This document shows, in pieces, positions 10,149 to 19,181 of a DNA stretch of 64,000 nucleotides. Position 1 is the first letter of the stretch. The number at the start of each line of letters is the position of its first letter. The notes under the pieces are model-generated. The model had not been told where the DNA came from, searched no databases, and worked only from the letters and a program-made list of their open reading frames with translations. The position numbers and the translations under genes were made by a program. The stretch is from Zestosphaera sp. (lineage in GTDB: Archaea; Thermoproteota; Thermoprotei_A; Sulfolobales; NBVN01): NCBI GenBank assembly GCA_038843015.1, contig JAWBSH010000003.1, forward strand, positions 133,343 to 197,342, given 5' to 3'.

Positions 10149-11498
10149 ATGGGGTTTATTCGGAATATTAGTGAATTGAGTGTTTCACTACTTCACGAGA
10201 TTTTATTAGAGGTGGTTGAGGAAGGTTTAGCTAGAGCAGACCCTTACGACGCGGTAATGAGGAATCTTAGTGTAAGGGATGGTAGACTCACTATAGGGGG
10301 GTATGAGGTCTCTATTCCTGAACGTGTGCACGTGGTCGGGTTTGGTAAGGCGTCTATGAAGATGTTGGGGGCTCTTCAGGATTTGCTCGGTAAGGTAATT
10401 TGTGGTGGTGTTGTAATAACGCCGGATGTTGAGGGTTGGGCTGGTTCTGTGAAGATATTGAGAGGCGATCATCCCTTCCCCACAATCAACACTTTAAAGT
10501 CCTCTCTTCACCTACTTGATTATCTAGAAAGAGAGGTTGGAGAGAACGACTTAGTCTTGGTGTTGGTGTCTGGCGGCGGTTCAGCGCTCTTTGAGGTTCC
10601 TGAAGATGAGTTGACTCTTGAGGAAGTCTCTGTAGTTACTAAGGAGCTCATGAAGAGAGGCGCTGATATAGTAGAACTCAATACTGTTAGGAAGAAGCTC
10701 TCGAGAGTTAAGGGAGGTAAGCTACTCAAGTATGTGAAGGCTCAAAAGATCGTCACGTTGATTATGAGTGACGTAGTAGGTGATAGACTAGACGTAATAG
10801 CTTCAGGACCTACAGTACCAGATAACACTTCCTTCAGAGACGCTTACCAAATACTGAAGAAGAAGAATTTATGGGATGATTTACCTCATAAGGTGAGAAT
10901 ATTCATAGAGAGAGGACTAGCTAACGAAGTACCTGACACCCTAAAAGAAGGAGACCCGCTCTTTAATAAGGTTCGTAATTTCATTATAGCTAGTAACCAA
11001 CTAGTTTTAGAATACTTAAGTTCTACCTTGTCGAGGAGAGGCTTCAACACTATACTACTAACGTCTATGCTTGAGGGAGAAGCTCGCGAGGTCGGCAAAG
11101 TTCTTGGTTCTATCGTGAGGAATATCAAGCGTTACTCAAAACCCGTAAGTACGCCGGCCGCAATACTGGCGGGTGGGGAAACCGTAGTCACAGTTAGAGG
11201 GAGCGGTGTTGGTGGGAGAAATCAGGAATTGTGTCTCTCATTTACTGCCTCTATTAGGGGATTACGTGACGTAGTAGCTGCTTGTGTGGGGACTGACGGG
11301 ATAGATGGTGTTAGCCCGGCTGCTGGCGCCGTAGTAGATGGAGAACTCTTCGAGGAAGCTACTAAGAGAGGACTAAGCCCCGAAGAATACTTACTAAATA
11401 ATGATAGCTACACGTTCTTTCAGATGATGAGGAGAGCCATATATACTGGATACACGGGCACTAACGTTAATGACATATTCGTAGCACTCATAAAATAA
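10149..11498 (+). CDS. glycerate 2-kinase (MOFRL family, GckA/TtuD-like)
   Basis: LVSGGGSAL and GGETVVTVRGSGVGGRNQE motifs. Length is 449 aa. Confidence 0.8.
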   Translation: MGFIRNISELSVSLLHEILLEVVEEGLARADPYDAVMRNLSVRDGRLTIGGYEVSIPERVHVVGFGKASMKMLGALQDLLGKVICGGVVITPDVEGWAGSVKILRGDHPFPTINTLKSSLHLLDYLEREVGENDLVLVLVSGGGSALFEVPEDELTLEEVSVVTKELMKRGADIVELNTVRKKLSRVKGGKLLKYVKAQKIVTLIMSDVVGDRLDVIASGPTVPDNTSFRDAYQILKKKNLWDDLPHKVRIFIERGLANEVPDTLKEGDPLFNKVRNFIIASNQLVLEYLSSTLSRRGFNTILLTSMLEGEAREVGKVLGSIVRNIKRYSKPVSTPAAILAGGETVVTVRGSGVGGRNQELCLSFTASIRGLRDVVAACVGTDGIDGVSPAAGAVVDGELFEEATKRGLSPEEYLLNNDSYTFFQMMRRAIYTGYTGTNVNDIFVALIK

Positions 11499-11552
11499 TA
11501 TCCAGCAATTCTTTGACTAAACTTAACTTAAAAAGTAGTTAAGTTATCCAAC

Positions 11553-13022
11553 TTATTTTCTTTTAAGAACAAACCCTATTAAGAACCCAACTAATAATAG
11601 CATTATACCTGCTACAGCGGTAGCTGTGTAGTCGACTACGAGAGTCTCTACTGGAGATGTCTCTGTAACTTTCACGGTAGTTGCTTCTCTTTCAGTAGTT
11701 TTATACGTAAGCACAGATGTAACGGTCTTAGTCTCAGTTTCTGGTGGCAACGTAACTGTTTGTGTTTGAATAGGTGCTGGCGTGATTGTCGTGTACGTAT
11801 ATGTTTCTGTTTGAGTCATTGTGGTGGTGATGGTGGTAGTAATGGTGATAGGCTGAGTCTCGGTAACCGTTACCGTTATTTGCGGGGGCGGGGTTTCTGT
11901 CTCTGTAGTTGTTTCGGTTGGTGTTTCTGTAGTCGTTTCTGTGGTTGTCTCTGTCGGTGTCGGCGTCTCTGCACCTAGCAAATATTCTTGGTGCGGCTTC
12001 ATGAGAGGATACTCATCAATATTATTAGAATCTATTACGTATGGGGTGTCACCAATCCCATTATTATCTAAGTCGCTCCCATTATAATTACTCCAGTAAT
12101 TACCCATATAACTCGTGAAGTACCTGTCTTCATACGCGAACGCGTACTTGTCGGGAGAATACCAGCGATTAGTACCGGGAGTCCCGTAGATGTCGTAATT
12201 ATTTGCATTACTGAAAGTATTCAAGTATATCATGTTATCAGAGAGGATCCCTCCTGAGGTTATGGAGAGGTATATCCCGTATGTGTTATTGACGATCGTG
12301 TTAAGGAATATTCTATTGTATCTTGCCGGGTTTGTCGTGCCGCGGATTCTAATGCCGTTACCATTATCGACTATTGTGTTGTTAGCTATGGTGTTATTGC
12401 TTGCTTCGTTAATGAATATTCCGTATGAGTTAATCCATCCATGTATCTTGTTATACGCGACTGTGACGTTTGACGACCTATACACTCTAATTCCGTAGTA
12501 GCCGGTTATTGAGGAGTTTGTCGTTGTTACTATGTTATAAGCGATCGTCACGTTCTGAGAGCCTGCGTAGACGTCTATGCCGTGCCAGTTACCCTCCTGA
12601 ATTATGATAAATCCTTTAACAACAACGTCATTGGCTTGGATTCTTAAGAGGAAGCCGCTCTTCTTGATGACCACGCTCTCGTCAGGTACTTCAGGTCTCC
12701 CAAGAGCTAGGAGTCTTAAGCCGTTTTTGTTTATGATAGTTCCGTTTACTTCAGTGTAGGTTCCTGGTCTAACGCAGATTGTCTGCCCGGGCTGTGCTGC
12801 CGTGACAGACATATTTATGCTTGGGTAATTATCTGGCACTATGATGTCGCATTCTGTCTCGTTAGGAGGCACATAACTCAAGAGGTTTAAGGACTGACTA
12901 GAGATGCGGGGCTTCCCCACAATGTTTTCGGGGATAGTAGCTGGCGTTGTAACGGATGTTAATACTAGAATAGCTAGCGTTAAAAGCAAAACGTATCTAA
13001 CGTCCATTAAGTACACCTTCAA
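11553..13022 (-). CDS. secreted/surface-anchored right-handed beta-helix (PbH1/NosD-like) protein with Thr-rich stalk and C-terminal TM anchor
   Basis: It has an N-terminal signal-like helix and repeated I/V-x-N-N-T-I and G-I-x-I units typical of parallel beta-helix repeats. Many N-x-S/T sequons are present. A TETTTETPTE stalk is followed by the AGIMLLLVGFLIGFVLKRK anchor. Confidence 0.65.
   Translation of the reverse strand: MKVYLMDVRYVLLLTLAILVLTSVTTPATIPENIVGKPRISSQSLNLLSYVPPNETECDIIVPDNYPSINMSVTAAQPGQTICVRPGTYTEVNGTIINKNGLRLLALGRPEVPDESVVIKKSGFLLRIQANDVVVKGFIIIQEGNWHGIDVYAGSQNVTIAYNIVTTTNSSITGYYGIRVYRSSNVTVAYNKIHGWINSYGIFINEASNNTIANNTIVDNGNGIRIRGTTNPARYNRIFLNTIVNNTYGIYLSITSGGILSDNMIYLNTFSNANNYDIYGTPGTNRWYSPDKYAFAYEDRYFTSYMGNYWSNYNGSDLDNNGIGDTPYVIDSNNIDEYPLMKPHQEYLLGAETPTPTETTTETTTETPTETTTETETPPPQITVTVTETQPITITTTITTTMTQTETYTYTTITPAPIQTQTVTLPPETETKTVTSVLTYKTTEREATTVKVTETSPVETLVVDYTATAVAGIMLLLVGFLIGFVLKRK
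11645..11972 (-). repeat. low-complexity Thr/Glu/Pro/Ile-rich coding repeat (stalk region of the beta-helix protein)
   Basis: The DNA shows degenerate GTTTCTGT/GGTTGT periodicity. The translation is TPTPTETTTETTTETPTETTTETETPPPQITVTVTETQPITITTTITTT. Confidence 0.7.
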
Positions 13023-13105
13023 TATTCCAATTCGCTGGTTAGTTAATAAACGTTTAAGGTATTGATTACCGCGTTTTCTTGAGGACTTGCCAGGATTATC
13101 GTCTT

Positions 13106-14086
13106 TTACGTAATTTCTTTAATGAATTCATCAACTATCTTGAGAAACTCTTCCGGTTTTTCTTCGTGTGGTAGGTGGCCGCACCCACTTATTGTTGCTA
13201 GCGTGTGTTTTGACTCATTACTTAACAGATTCACTAGATCTAAGCTACTGCTTAGCGGCACTATCTCGTCGTTTACTCCGTGTATTACCAAGATTGGTTT
13301 CTTTAAGTTCTTTAATGAGTTACTTATTTCTAGAAATTCCCCATACTTCATCAACCAGTAGAGTCCTTTGTCCCAGTCTCTAGCTTTTAAAGGGTATTTG
13401 TATCCTTCTATGATTTCCTTCGTTAGCATAGACTTATTATACCAAGCTCGATAAAGGATTTGTTCTAGCTGACCTACAAAGCTCCTCACTATTAGAGGTC
13501 CGTATTTGTCAGCTAAAGGCATCGAGTAAAAGATGTTTTCAAGCAAGCTCTTCTGCCTTGCTCTCCACGCTGGAGCAACCAGCACTAGAGCCTCAACGAT
13601 CTCTGGGTGTTCCAGTGTTATGAGGAGAGCCAGCCCCCCGCCTGCAGAGTGCCCTATCAGTACTGCGCTACTGACGTTGAGTTTCTTCAGGAGCTCGTAA
13701 GTTAGTTTTACTTGCCCCTCAGTAGAGTATGGGTTGAAGCTGAGTGAAGCTGGGTCTGCCCTCTCAGTGAGTCCGAATCCAGGCCTGTCAAAAGCTATGA
13801 CTCTACCATACTTAGTCAAATTACTCATTACATCTCTCCAGCTAAAAACGCTTGCTCCGAACCCGTGAAGAAGAACGAAAGTCATGTTACCTTTACCGGG
13901 TACCTCAACGTAATGTACTCTAACCCCCTCGACACTCACGAACTTACTGTACTCTAGAGCTAAAGATTCAACAGGCTCCCCTACAGGGGGTACTGGCAAG
14001 AGATACAAAACTGTCATGATAAGTAGCAAGACCAGAATTATTTTGAAAGATTTCTTCTTAGTGAGAGATCTTAACTTATTCTTCAT
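13106..14086 (-). CDS. alpha/beta-fold hydrolase with N-terminal membrane anchor or signal
   Basis: HGFG oxyanion motif, GHSAGG nucleophile elbow, C-terminal GHLPHEE histidine, and an N-terminal hydrophobic helix. Confidence 0.75.
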   Translation of the reverse strand: MKNKLRSLTKKKSFKIILVLLLIMTVLYLLPVPPVGEPVESLALEYSKFVSVEGVRVHYVEVPGKGNMTFVLLHGFGASVFSWRDVMSNLTKYGRVIAFDRPGFGLTERADPASLSFNPYSTEGQVKLTYELLKKLNVSSAVLIGHSAGGGLALLITLEHPEIVEALVLVAPAWRARQKSLLENIFYSMPLADKYGPLIVRSFVGQLEQILYRAWYNKSMLTKEIIEGYKYPLKARDWDKGLYWLMKYGEFLEISNSLKNLKKPILVIHGVNDEIVPLSSSLDLVNLLSNESKHTLATISGCGHLPHEEKPEEFLKIVDEFIKEIT

Positions 14087-14212
14087 GAGGACACCAAATA
14101 ATACTATACTGTACTCTTAAGAAGTCAGGCCACAGTAAGTAATCGTTTAGGCAAACACACGACTTACGCCTAGGGAAACTAATTAAATACTTAAAAAGCG
14201 CGGTGTTCTAAC

Positions 14213-14839
14213 TTACTTTTCTATAGGTCTGCCGTCAATGTCTAGCAATTGCTTCGGCGGGTCTTTCTTTTGTGTTAGTAGTGAGGTTATAACAAACACT
14301 GCTGCTCCTATAGGTATTACGAAGGGTCCTGGAGCGTATATAGCCAGCCATATGTCTTCAGTTTGCTGGTAGAAGTAGTATATGAAGGGTATCCAGAGAA
14401 CCACATTAGTTACTACACTAGCTATGGCACCCGTTCTGTTGGCTTTCTTCCAGTATATGCCGAAGATGAAAGGTATAGCCTGAACGAAGAGTATTAAGTA
14501 CCAGGCTATCTGTGTGAGGAAGTATATTGTGGCTGCCCATAAAGCAATGGCTAGCGAAACGAAAGCTGAGACTAGAACTAAGACTCTAGTTAGAAGGAGT
14601 TTTGTTTTTTCGCTCATGTTGGGGCGCACCATAGGTATTAAGTTATTCACGATTACTGAAGGAGGTATTATTAGTGAGCTGTCAGCACTACTCATTATGA
14701 GTGCTAGCAAGCCTACCGTGAATAACGCGAAGAGAGGAGCTGGTAACAGATTTAGTGCTAGGGTAGGTATGACTAGATTAGGGTCTTCTATCTCAGTTAT
14801 TATTAGTCTAGCCCAAATACCGATTAGAGGGCCTATCAT
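14213..14839 (-). pseudogene. C-terminal half of a sodium:solute symporter (SSF) gene; 5'-truncated remnant
   Basis: Only 208 aa (about 6 TM helices), including the SSF-type SSADSSLI segment, where full-length SSF proteins have about 13 TM helices. An in-frame stop lies 5 codons upstream of the listed M. The upstream DNA is occupied by a hisD fragment on the other strand. Confidence 0.6.
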
Positions 14840-14862
14840 ACCTAGAGATACTCACCAACAAC

Positions 14863-15165
14863 GTGAGCAAAGCCCTCAACATATTAAGTAGGGTGAGAAA
14901 CGCTGGCTCGATATTCTTAGGTAACAATACTCCAGTAGCAATGGGTGACTACATAACAGGAGCTAATCACACACTACCTACAGGAGGTAACGCCGCTACA
15001 CGAGGTAGTCTAAGCGTTTTTGATTATATAAAAATAATAGACGTTCAGATAGTGAATGAGGAAGGCATTAAGAAGTTAGGTCCTCACGCTATCACGATAG
15101 CTAGTTCTGAGGGGCTCTACAATCACGCCGAATCTATCAAAGTGAGGTTGTCTAAGATTAGCTAG
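14863..15165 (+). pseudogene. hisD: C-terminal ~100 codons of histidinol dehydrogenase (hisD); 5'-truncated remnant
   Basis: NAGSIFLGNNTPVAMGDYITGANHTLPTGGNAATRGSLSVFDY matches the conserved HisD C-terminal region. About 330 N-terminal codons are absent. The frame is closed by a TAG at 14809. Confidence 0.65.
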
Positions 15166-15189
15166 CGGGAAAATAAATCTTTACTTTGT

Positions 15190-16197
15190 TTAAAATCCTG
15201 GAGCCCTCACTTTAGTTACTTCTTTATTCACTAGGTTTGGTGGTATTCTTTTCTCGTAGAAAGCGATAAGGTTCTCAGCAACTGTTTCCGCCATACCGTG
15301 TCTTGCTTCGTACGTGGCGCTGGCCGCGTGTGGTGCTAAGACGACGTTCTTGAACGCTGTTAGTGGGTGGTTTGGTGGTAGTGGTTCTTCTTCGTATACG
15401 TCTAGTCCTGCTCCTGCTATCCATCCTTCATTTAATGCTTTTATTAGTGCTTTAGTGTCTACTACGGCTCCTCTAGAAGTATTTATTAGTATTGCGTTCT
15501 TCTTCATCAACTTCAACAAACCCTCACTAACCAAACCCCTAGTCTCAGAAGTAAGAGGAACATGAACACTAACAACATCAGATTCTCTGAAGAGGTTCTC
15601 TAGCTCTCTATACTCAATATCTAGCTCTCTCTCAGTCTCTATGTCTCTCCTTATATCGTAATACACTACTCTCATACCAAAGCCCTTAACTCCTATCTCA
15701 GCTACTCTCTTCCCGATTCTCCCTAAGCCTACTATGCCTAAAGTCTTGCCTCGTAACTCAGTACCTAAAAGCATTTTAGGATGCCAAGCAGTCTTAAGTC
15801 TCCACCATTCACCAAATCTCACGAAAATATCTCCTTCAACAACTCTCCTAGCAGTGGCTAGTATGAGAGCCCAAGTAAACTCTGCTGTCGCTTCAGTTAA
15901 AACTCCCGGGGTATTTGTCACGTATATGCCGAGTCTAGTAGCACACTCTAGGTCTATGTTATCAAATCCTACAGCTAACTGAGCTACTATCCGTAACTTA
16001 GGAGATGAGGAAAGTAACTCACAGTCTATCTGGTCACTAAGTAGGGAGACTAATGCGTCAACTTCCTTAACCTTATTGAGTAACACTTCACGCGGAGTAG
16101 CTTGATACCTGTCCCAAACTTCAACCTCATAATATTGTGAGATCTTGTGCACAACATCATCAAATAGTTCTCTAGTTATGAAGACTTTAGGTCTCAT
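15190..16197 (-). CDS. gyaR: glyoxylate reductase / D-2-hydroxyacid dehydrogenase
   Basis: Collinear with my recollection of Thermococcales glyoxylate reductase: MRPKVFITRE, GLGRIGKRVA, ARGAVVD, GAGLDVYEEEP, PHAASAT and KVRAPGF. The ORF extends to 16260, but homology begins at the M at 16197. Confidence 0.85.
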   Translation of the reverse strand: MRPKVFITRELFDDVVHKISQYYEVEVWDRYQATPREVLLNKVKEVDALVSLLSDQIDCELLSSSPKLRIVAQLAVGFDNIDLECATRLGIYVTNTPGVLTEATAEFTWALILATARRVVEGDIFVRFGEWWRLKTAWHPKMLLGTELRGKTLGIVGLGRIGKRVAEIGVKGFGMRVVYYDIRRDIETERELDIEYRELENLFRESDVVSVHVPLTSETRGLVSEGLLKLMKKNAILINTSRGAVVDTKALIKALNEGWIAGAGLDVYEEEPLPPNHPLTAFKNVVLAPHAASATYEARHGMAETVAENLIAFYEKRIPPNLVNKEVTKVRAPGF

Positions 16198-16296
16198 TAA
16201 ACACCCCTCAATAAATTTTATACTAAGGAAATACTTTAATATGACGCCCGGGTTAAGCACTACACGACTTCTGTTCTTGTTTTAGAGGGCTGAGAA

Positions 16297-16968
16297 CTAG
16301 TCTGCAACTCTATATATTAAGTGTATTTCATCTCCACACTCGCAGACCTTATGACTAACTAGTTTTAGTCTTAACCACTCACTAGAGTTGCCGAAGCCTT
16401 CTCCCCCAACTAGAGACACTGAATTCCTTCCTCCTATAACGTAGGGAGAGACAGTTATTCTAAACTCATCTACGAGTCTCTGTGAGGTCAGAGACCATAA
16501 TAGGGTGCCTCCCCCCTCAACAAGCAAGTCTCTCAAGTTTTTCTCGTACAGTATCTTCAGCGCTTTACTCATGTCTACTTGTGTTGACTCACTCTCTATG
16601 ATCACTATGTCTACTCCTAATCTCCTCAACTGATCTATTTTTCCTGTGTCGGCTGCGGAAGAAGTTACTATGATTGTCGGTGCTACACTCACATCAAGAA
16701 CTTTCGCGTTAAGAGGTATTTTCAGAGAACCGTCGACAACTACTCTCACAGGATTTCTTCCTTCAACGAGCCTGACAGTGAGTTGAGGGTTATCTCTGAT
16801 GACTGTGTTAGCGCCAACCATTACACCATCAACTATAGACCTCATAGAGTGTAGTCTTAACTTATCATAAGGACAACTAAGTCTTGAGTCACCGGTTTTC
16901 GAAGCTATCTTGCCATCAACCGACATAGTCGCGTAGACTCTCACGTAAGGTCTTCTCAAGCTCATCAC
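16297..16968 (-). CDS. 2,5-diamino-6-ribosylamino-4(3H)-pyrimidinone 5'-phosphate reductase (RibD C-terminal-domain family, archaeal riboflavin pathway)
   Basis: RPYVRVYATMSVDGKIA N-terminus, with LLVEGGGTL and ITVSPYVIGG motifs. Length is 223 aa. Confidence 0.75.
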   Translation of the reverse strand: MMSLRRPYVRVYATMSVDGKIASKTGDSRLSCPYDKLRLHSMRSIVDGVMVGANTVIRDNPQLTVRLVEGRNPVRVVVDGSLKIPLNAKVLDVSVAPTIIVTSSAADTGKIDQLRRLGVDIVIIESESTQVDMSKALKILYEKNLRDLLVEGGGTLLWSLTSQRLVDEFRITVSPYVIGGRNSVSLVGGEGFGNSSEWLRLKLVSHKVCECGDEIHLIYRVAD

Positions 16969-18076
16969 CTACGTACTTAAACCTACCACCAAGCATGAGA
17001 GCAGTAACTAACTCATATCCTCCCCTCTTAACTAAAGCTAGGTGCTTATTATGTGCTCTCTCGAGAGGGGTACCTGAATACTTCAGAAACAATACGTTAG
17101 CGGCACCCCCCTCAACCAAGTAGTTCTGCACGCCCACTGGATTAGTGTTGGTCAGGGCTTTGAGGACCCAGACTGGGTCATTAACTCCTACGTTACGTGC
17201 TAGAAGTAAGAGTAGCTCGCCCTCCCTCCACAAGTCGGGCTTAATCCAGCCTAAGTTGTCTGTGCCTAAAGCTACGTCTACTCCTAACTCATAAATACTC
17301 TTCAACTTAGGTAAGCCAGACATGAACCATAAGTTAGACCTAAGACATAAGACTAACGTAATTCTTAAGTCCTTAAGAAGCTGAAGTTCTTCAGGGTCTA
17401 GCCAGACTCCGTGGATTACTGCGTCAGGCCTGCCAGCACTCAGAAGCTTCTCTAAGTCTCTCTCTTCATGTGTGTCTTTAGTTTCTGAGACATGTGAGTG
17501 AATTAATTTGCCTGAACTTCTAGCTAATCTGAAAATAAATCTCAAATCTTCTAGAGTGAAGTAATGCGGTGATGAGATTCCGACACCGTCCGAGTACGTG
17601 ATTACCTCTCCTACCTCACGACTCACTTCCTCATGTCTTGAAGGCATACTAAGAACGTAGTGAGTCTTGATTTTAGTGTTGCCTAGCTTAAGGTTTTTTA
17701 CCCCCAACTCACGAAACTCAGCTATGTATCCTACGCCTGAACTCAACGTATATTCTATAGCCTCACTCACTACCGAGCTCAATAAGCTGGTTCCTGCTTT
17801 ACTGAGTACCAGGTATTTAAGCCCATAAGGCTCTCCGACAACAGAGTCTATATCTAGGTCCCAGCCAACCTCAGGGCTTACGTGATCTAATATGTGAGTG
17901 TGCATGTTTGCTAGAGGAGGCATGATTACGTGACCACGCATGTCGTAAGCTCCTCCAGCCCCACGAGATACGCTATGGATTCTGTCCCTCTCAATGACTA
18001 GCGTGAGAGGACCCTCAACAAACTCTAGTGAGGGCCCTAAGAATCCTCCAGCTACGGTAATACTGAGTTCTTTCAT
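16916..18076 (-). CDS. deaminase-type metal-dependent amidohydrolase (ATZ/TRZ / cytosine-guanine deaminase-like)
   Basis: ANMHTHILDH (HxH), HSHVSET (HxxE), HGVW and LGTDN motifs. The 3' end overlaps the downstream reductase gene by 53 nt. Confidence 0.65.
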   Translation of the reverse strand: MKELSITVAGGFLGPSLEFVEGPLTLVIERDRIHSVSRGAGGAYDMRGHVIMPPLANMHTHILDHVSPEVGWDLDIDSVVGEPYGLKYLVLSKAGTSLLSSVVSEAIEYTLSSGVGYIAEFRELGVKNLKLGNTKIKTHYVLSMPSRHEEVSREVGEVITYSDGVGISSPHYFTLEDLRFIFRLARSSGKLIHSHVSETKDTHEERDLEKLLSAGRPDAVIHGVWLDPEELQLLKDLRITLVLCLRSNLWFMSGLPKLKSIYELGVDVALGTDNLGWIKPDLWREGELLLLLARNVGVNDPVWVLKALTNTNPVGVQNYLVEGGAANVLFLKYSGTPLERAHNKHLALVKRGGYELVTALMLGGRFKYVGDELEKTLRESLRDYVG

Positions 18077-18165
18077 TTACTAGACCTAAGGATATTGCTT
18101 AACTCAGAGTTATAACTTGTTATACTAAACTTATATTGGTGATGACGCGGGACTGGATGATTTAG

Positions 18166-19158
18166 ATGATTAGTAGCGAACCGTCTGAGGATAGGAGTTT
18201 TCTAGACCATGACTTAGTAGTTGACCGAGATAAGAGGATATATCTAGTCGTCGGAAACACTCACCCTAACGGCTTAGTAGTTGCTTACCTTAAGTACGTC
18301 CCTTCAAAAAAACCCACTATGTGGGGTAAGGGAGGTACTTACTATGAGAGGATTCTTAGAGAATACAGCGTTGAGGAGGTTTTACGAGTTTCTTCGGAAG
18401 TAGGGGCACAGTTTTATGACCCGACACTAGGGGTTTCTATACCTGTAGTCAAGACCTCGGAAGTTAAGGAATGGCTTAAGCCGGAAGAAAAGCTAGAGAG
18501 ATTAAGGAGACGTGCTGATGATCTTATTGAGTTAGTTAGTGTTGAAGTGTCAGACATTATTAGCGACCTCACTGGATTGAGTGCCGGTAGTATGGGTGTT
18601 ACAGGATCTGTTCTCGCAGGGATTCACGGCCCTCACTCAGACGTAGACCTAGTTATTTACGGTTGTAGAGAGGCTTTAGAATTTGTTCAAGCAAGTCTAG
18701 AGATAGGTAAGTTACCTGAGGAAAAAATCGCGGCTAAGGTCTTAGAAAATTCTAGAGTGTTGGGAATAGAGCCTGAAATGTACGTCAGGATAATCCCGCC
18801 TTATAAGTTCACGTGTTTTAAAGGGGTGCCAATAACCTTCGCGTTCGTTGAGAAGAGGAACTACAGGTATGGTGAGTTAGTTTTAAGACCTCTCAAGCCT
18901 GTAAGCCTTGTAGTCGAGGTTATCGGTGGAGACTGTAGGTCTCTTTTTTACCCCTCAAGAACTCGAGTTGACAGGGTTCTTGAGGGGCCTAGAGTTAGGG
19001 AAGTGATTAGCTACGAGGCGGAATACAACTACCTCCTGTATAGAGGAGGACTATTAAAGATTTCCGGAATGCTTGAGGAATCAATGCCGGATAGCGAATA
19101 CTACGTGGTTGTTGGCGGGAGAGAGAATAAGGGTTACGTGGTGCCGTACGGGGTCTAA
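18166..19158 (+). CDS. predicted nucleotidyltransferase (Pol-beta superfamily), archaeal conserved
   Basis: The G-S-x10-D-V-D signature (TGSVLAGIHGPHSDVDLVIYG) is present. Flanking domains are not recognisable by eye. Confidence 0.5.
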   Translation: MISSEPSEDRSFLDHDLVVDRDKRIYLVVGNTHPNGLVVAYLKYVPSKKPTMWGKGGTYYERILREYSVEEVLRVSSEVGAQFYDPTLGVSIPVVKTSEVKEWLKPEEKLERLRRRADDLIELVSVEVSDIISDLTGLSAGSMGVTGSVLAGIHGPHSDVDLVIYGCREALEFVQASLEIGKLPEEKIAAKVLENSRVLGIEPEMYVRIIPPYKFTCFKGVPITFAFVEKRNYRYGELVLRPLKPVSLVVEVIGGDCRSLFYPSRTRVDRVLEGPRVREVISYEAEYNYLLYRGGLLKISGMLEESMPDSEYYVVVGGRENKGYVVPYGV

Positions 19159-19181
19159 GAAGCTCGTGCTCTCCACGAATC

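Noticed and set aside
11760-11978. 72-aa Cys/Arg/Gly-rich plus-strand ORF.
   Set aside because: It is antisense to the Thr-rich stalk of the beta-helix protein. The low-complexity repeat keeps the opposite strand open by chance.
14514-14891. 125-aa plus-strand ORF spanning the symporter remnant and the junction.
   Set aside because: It is antisense to clear SSF-homologous coding sequence and has no motif. It is a shadow ORF.
16916-16968. The 53-nt overlap between the amidohydrolase and reductase genes as a possible frameshift or fusion artefact.
   Set aside because: Both reading frames have intact, family-typical termini. The reductase N-terminus must start upstream of PYVRVYATMSVDG. Overlaps of this kind are common in compact archaeal operons, so I treat it as genuine coupling.
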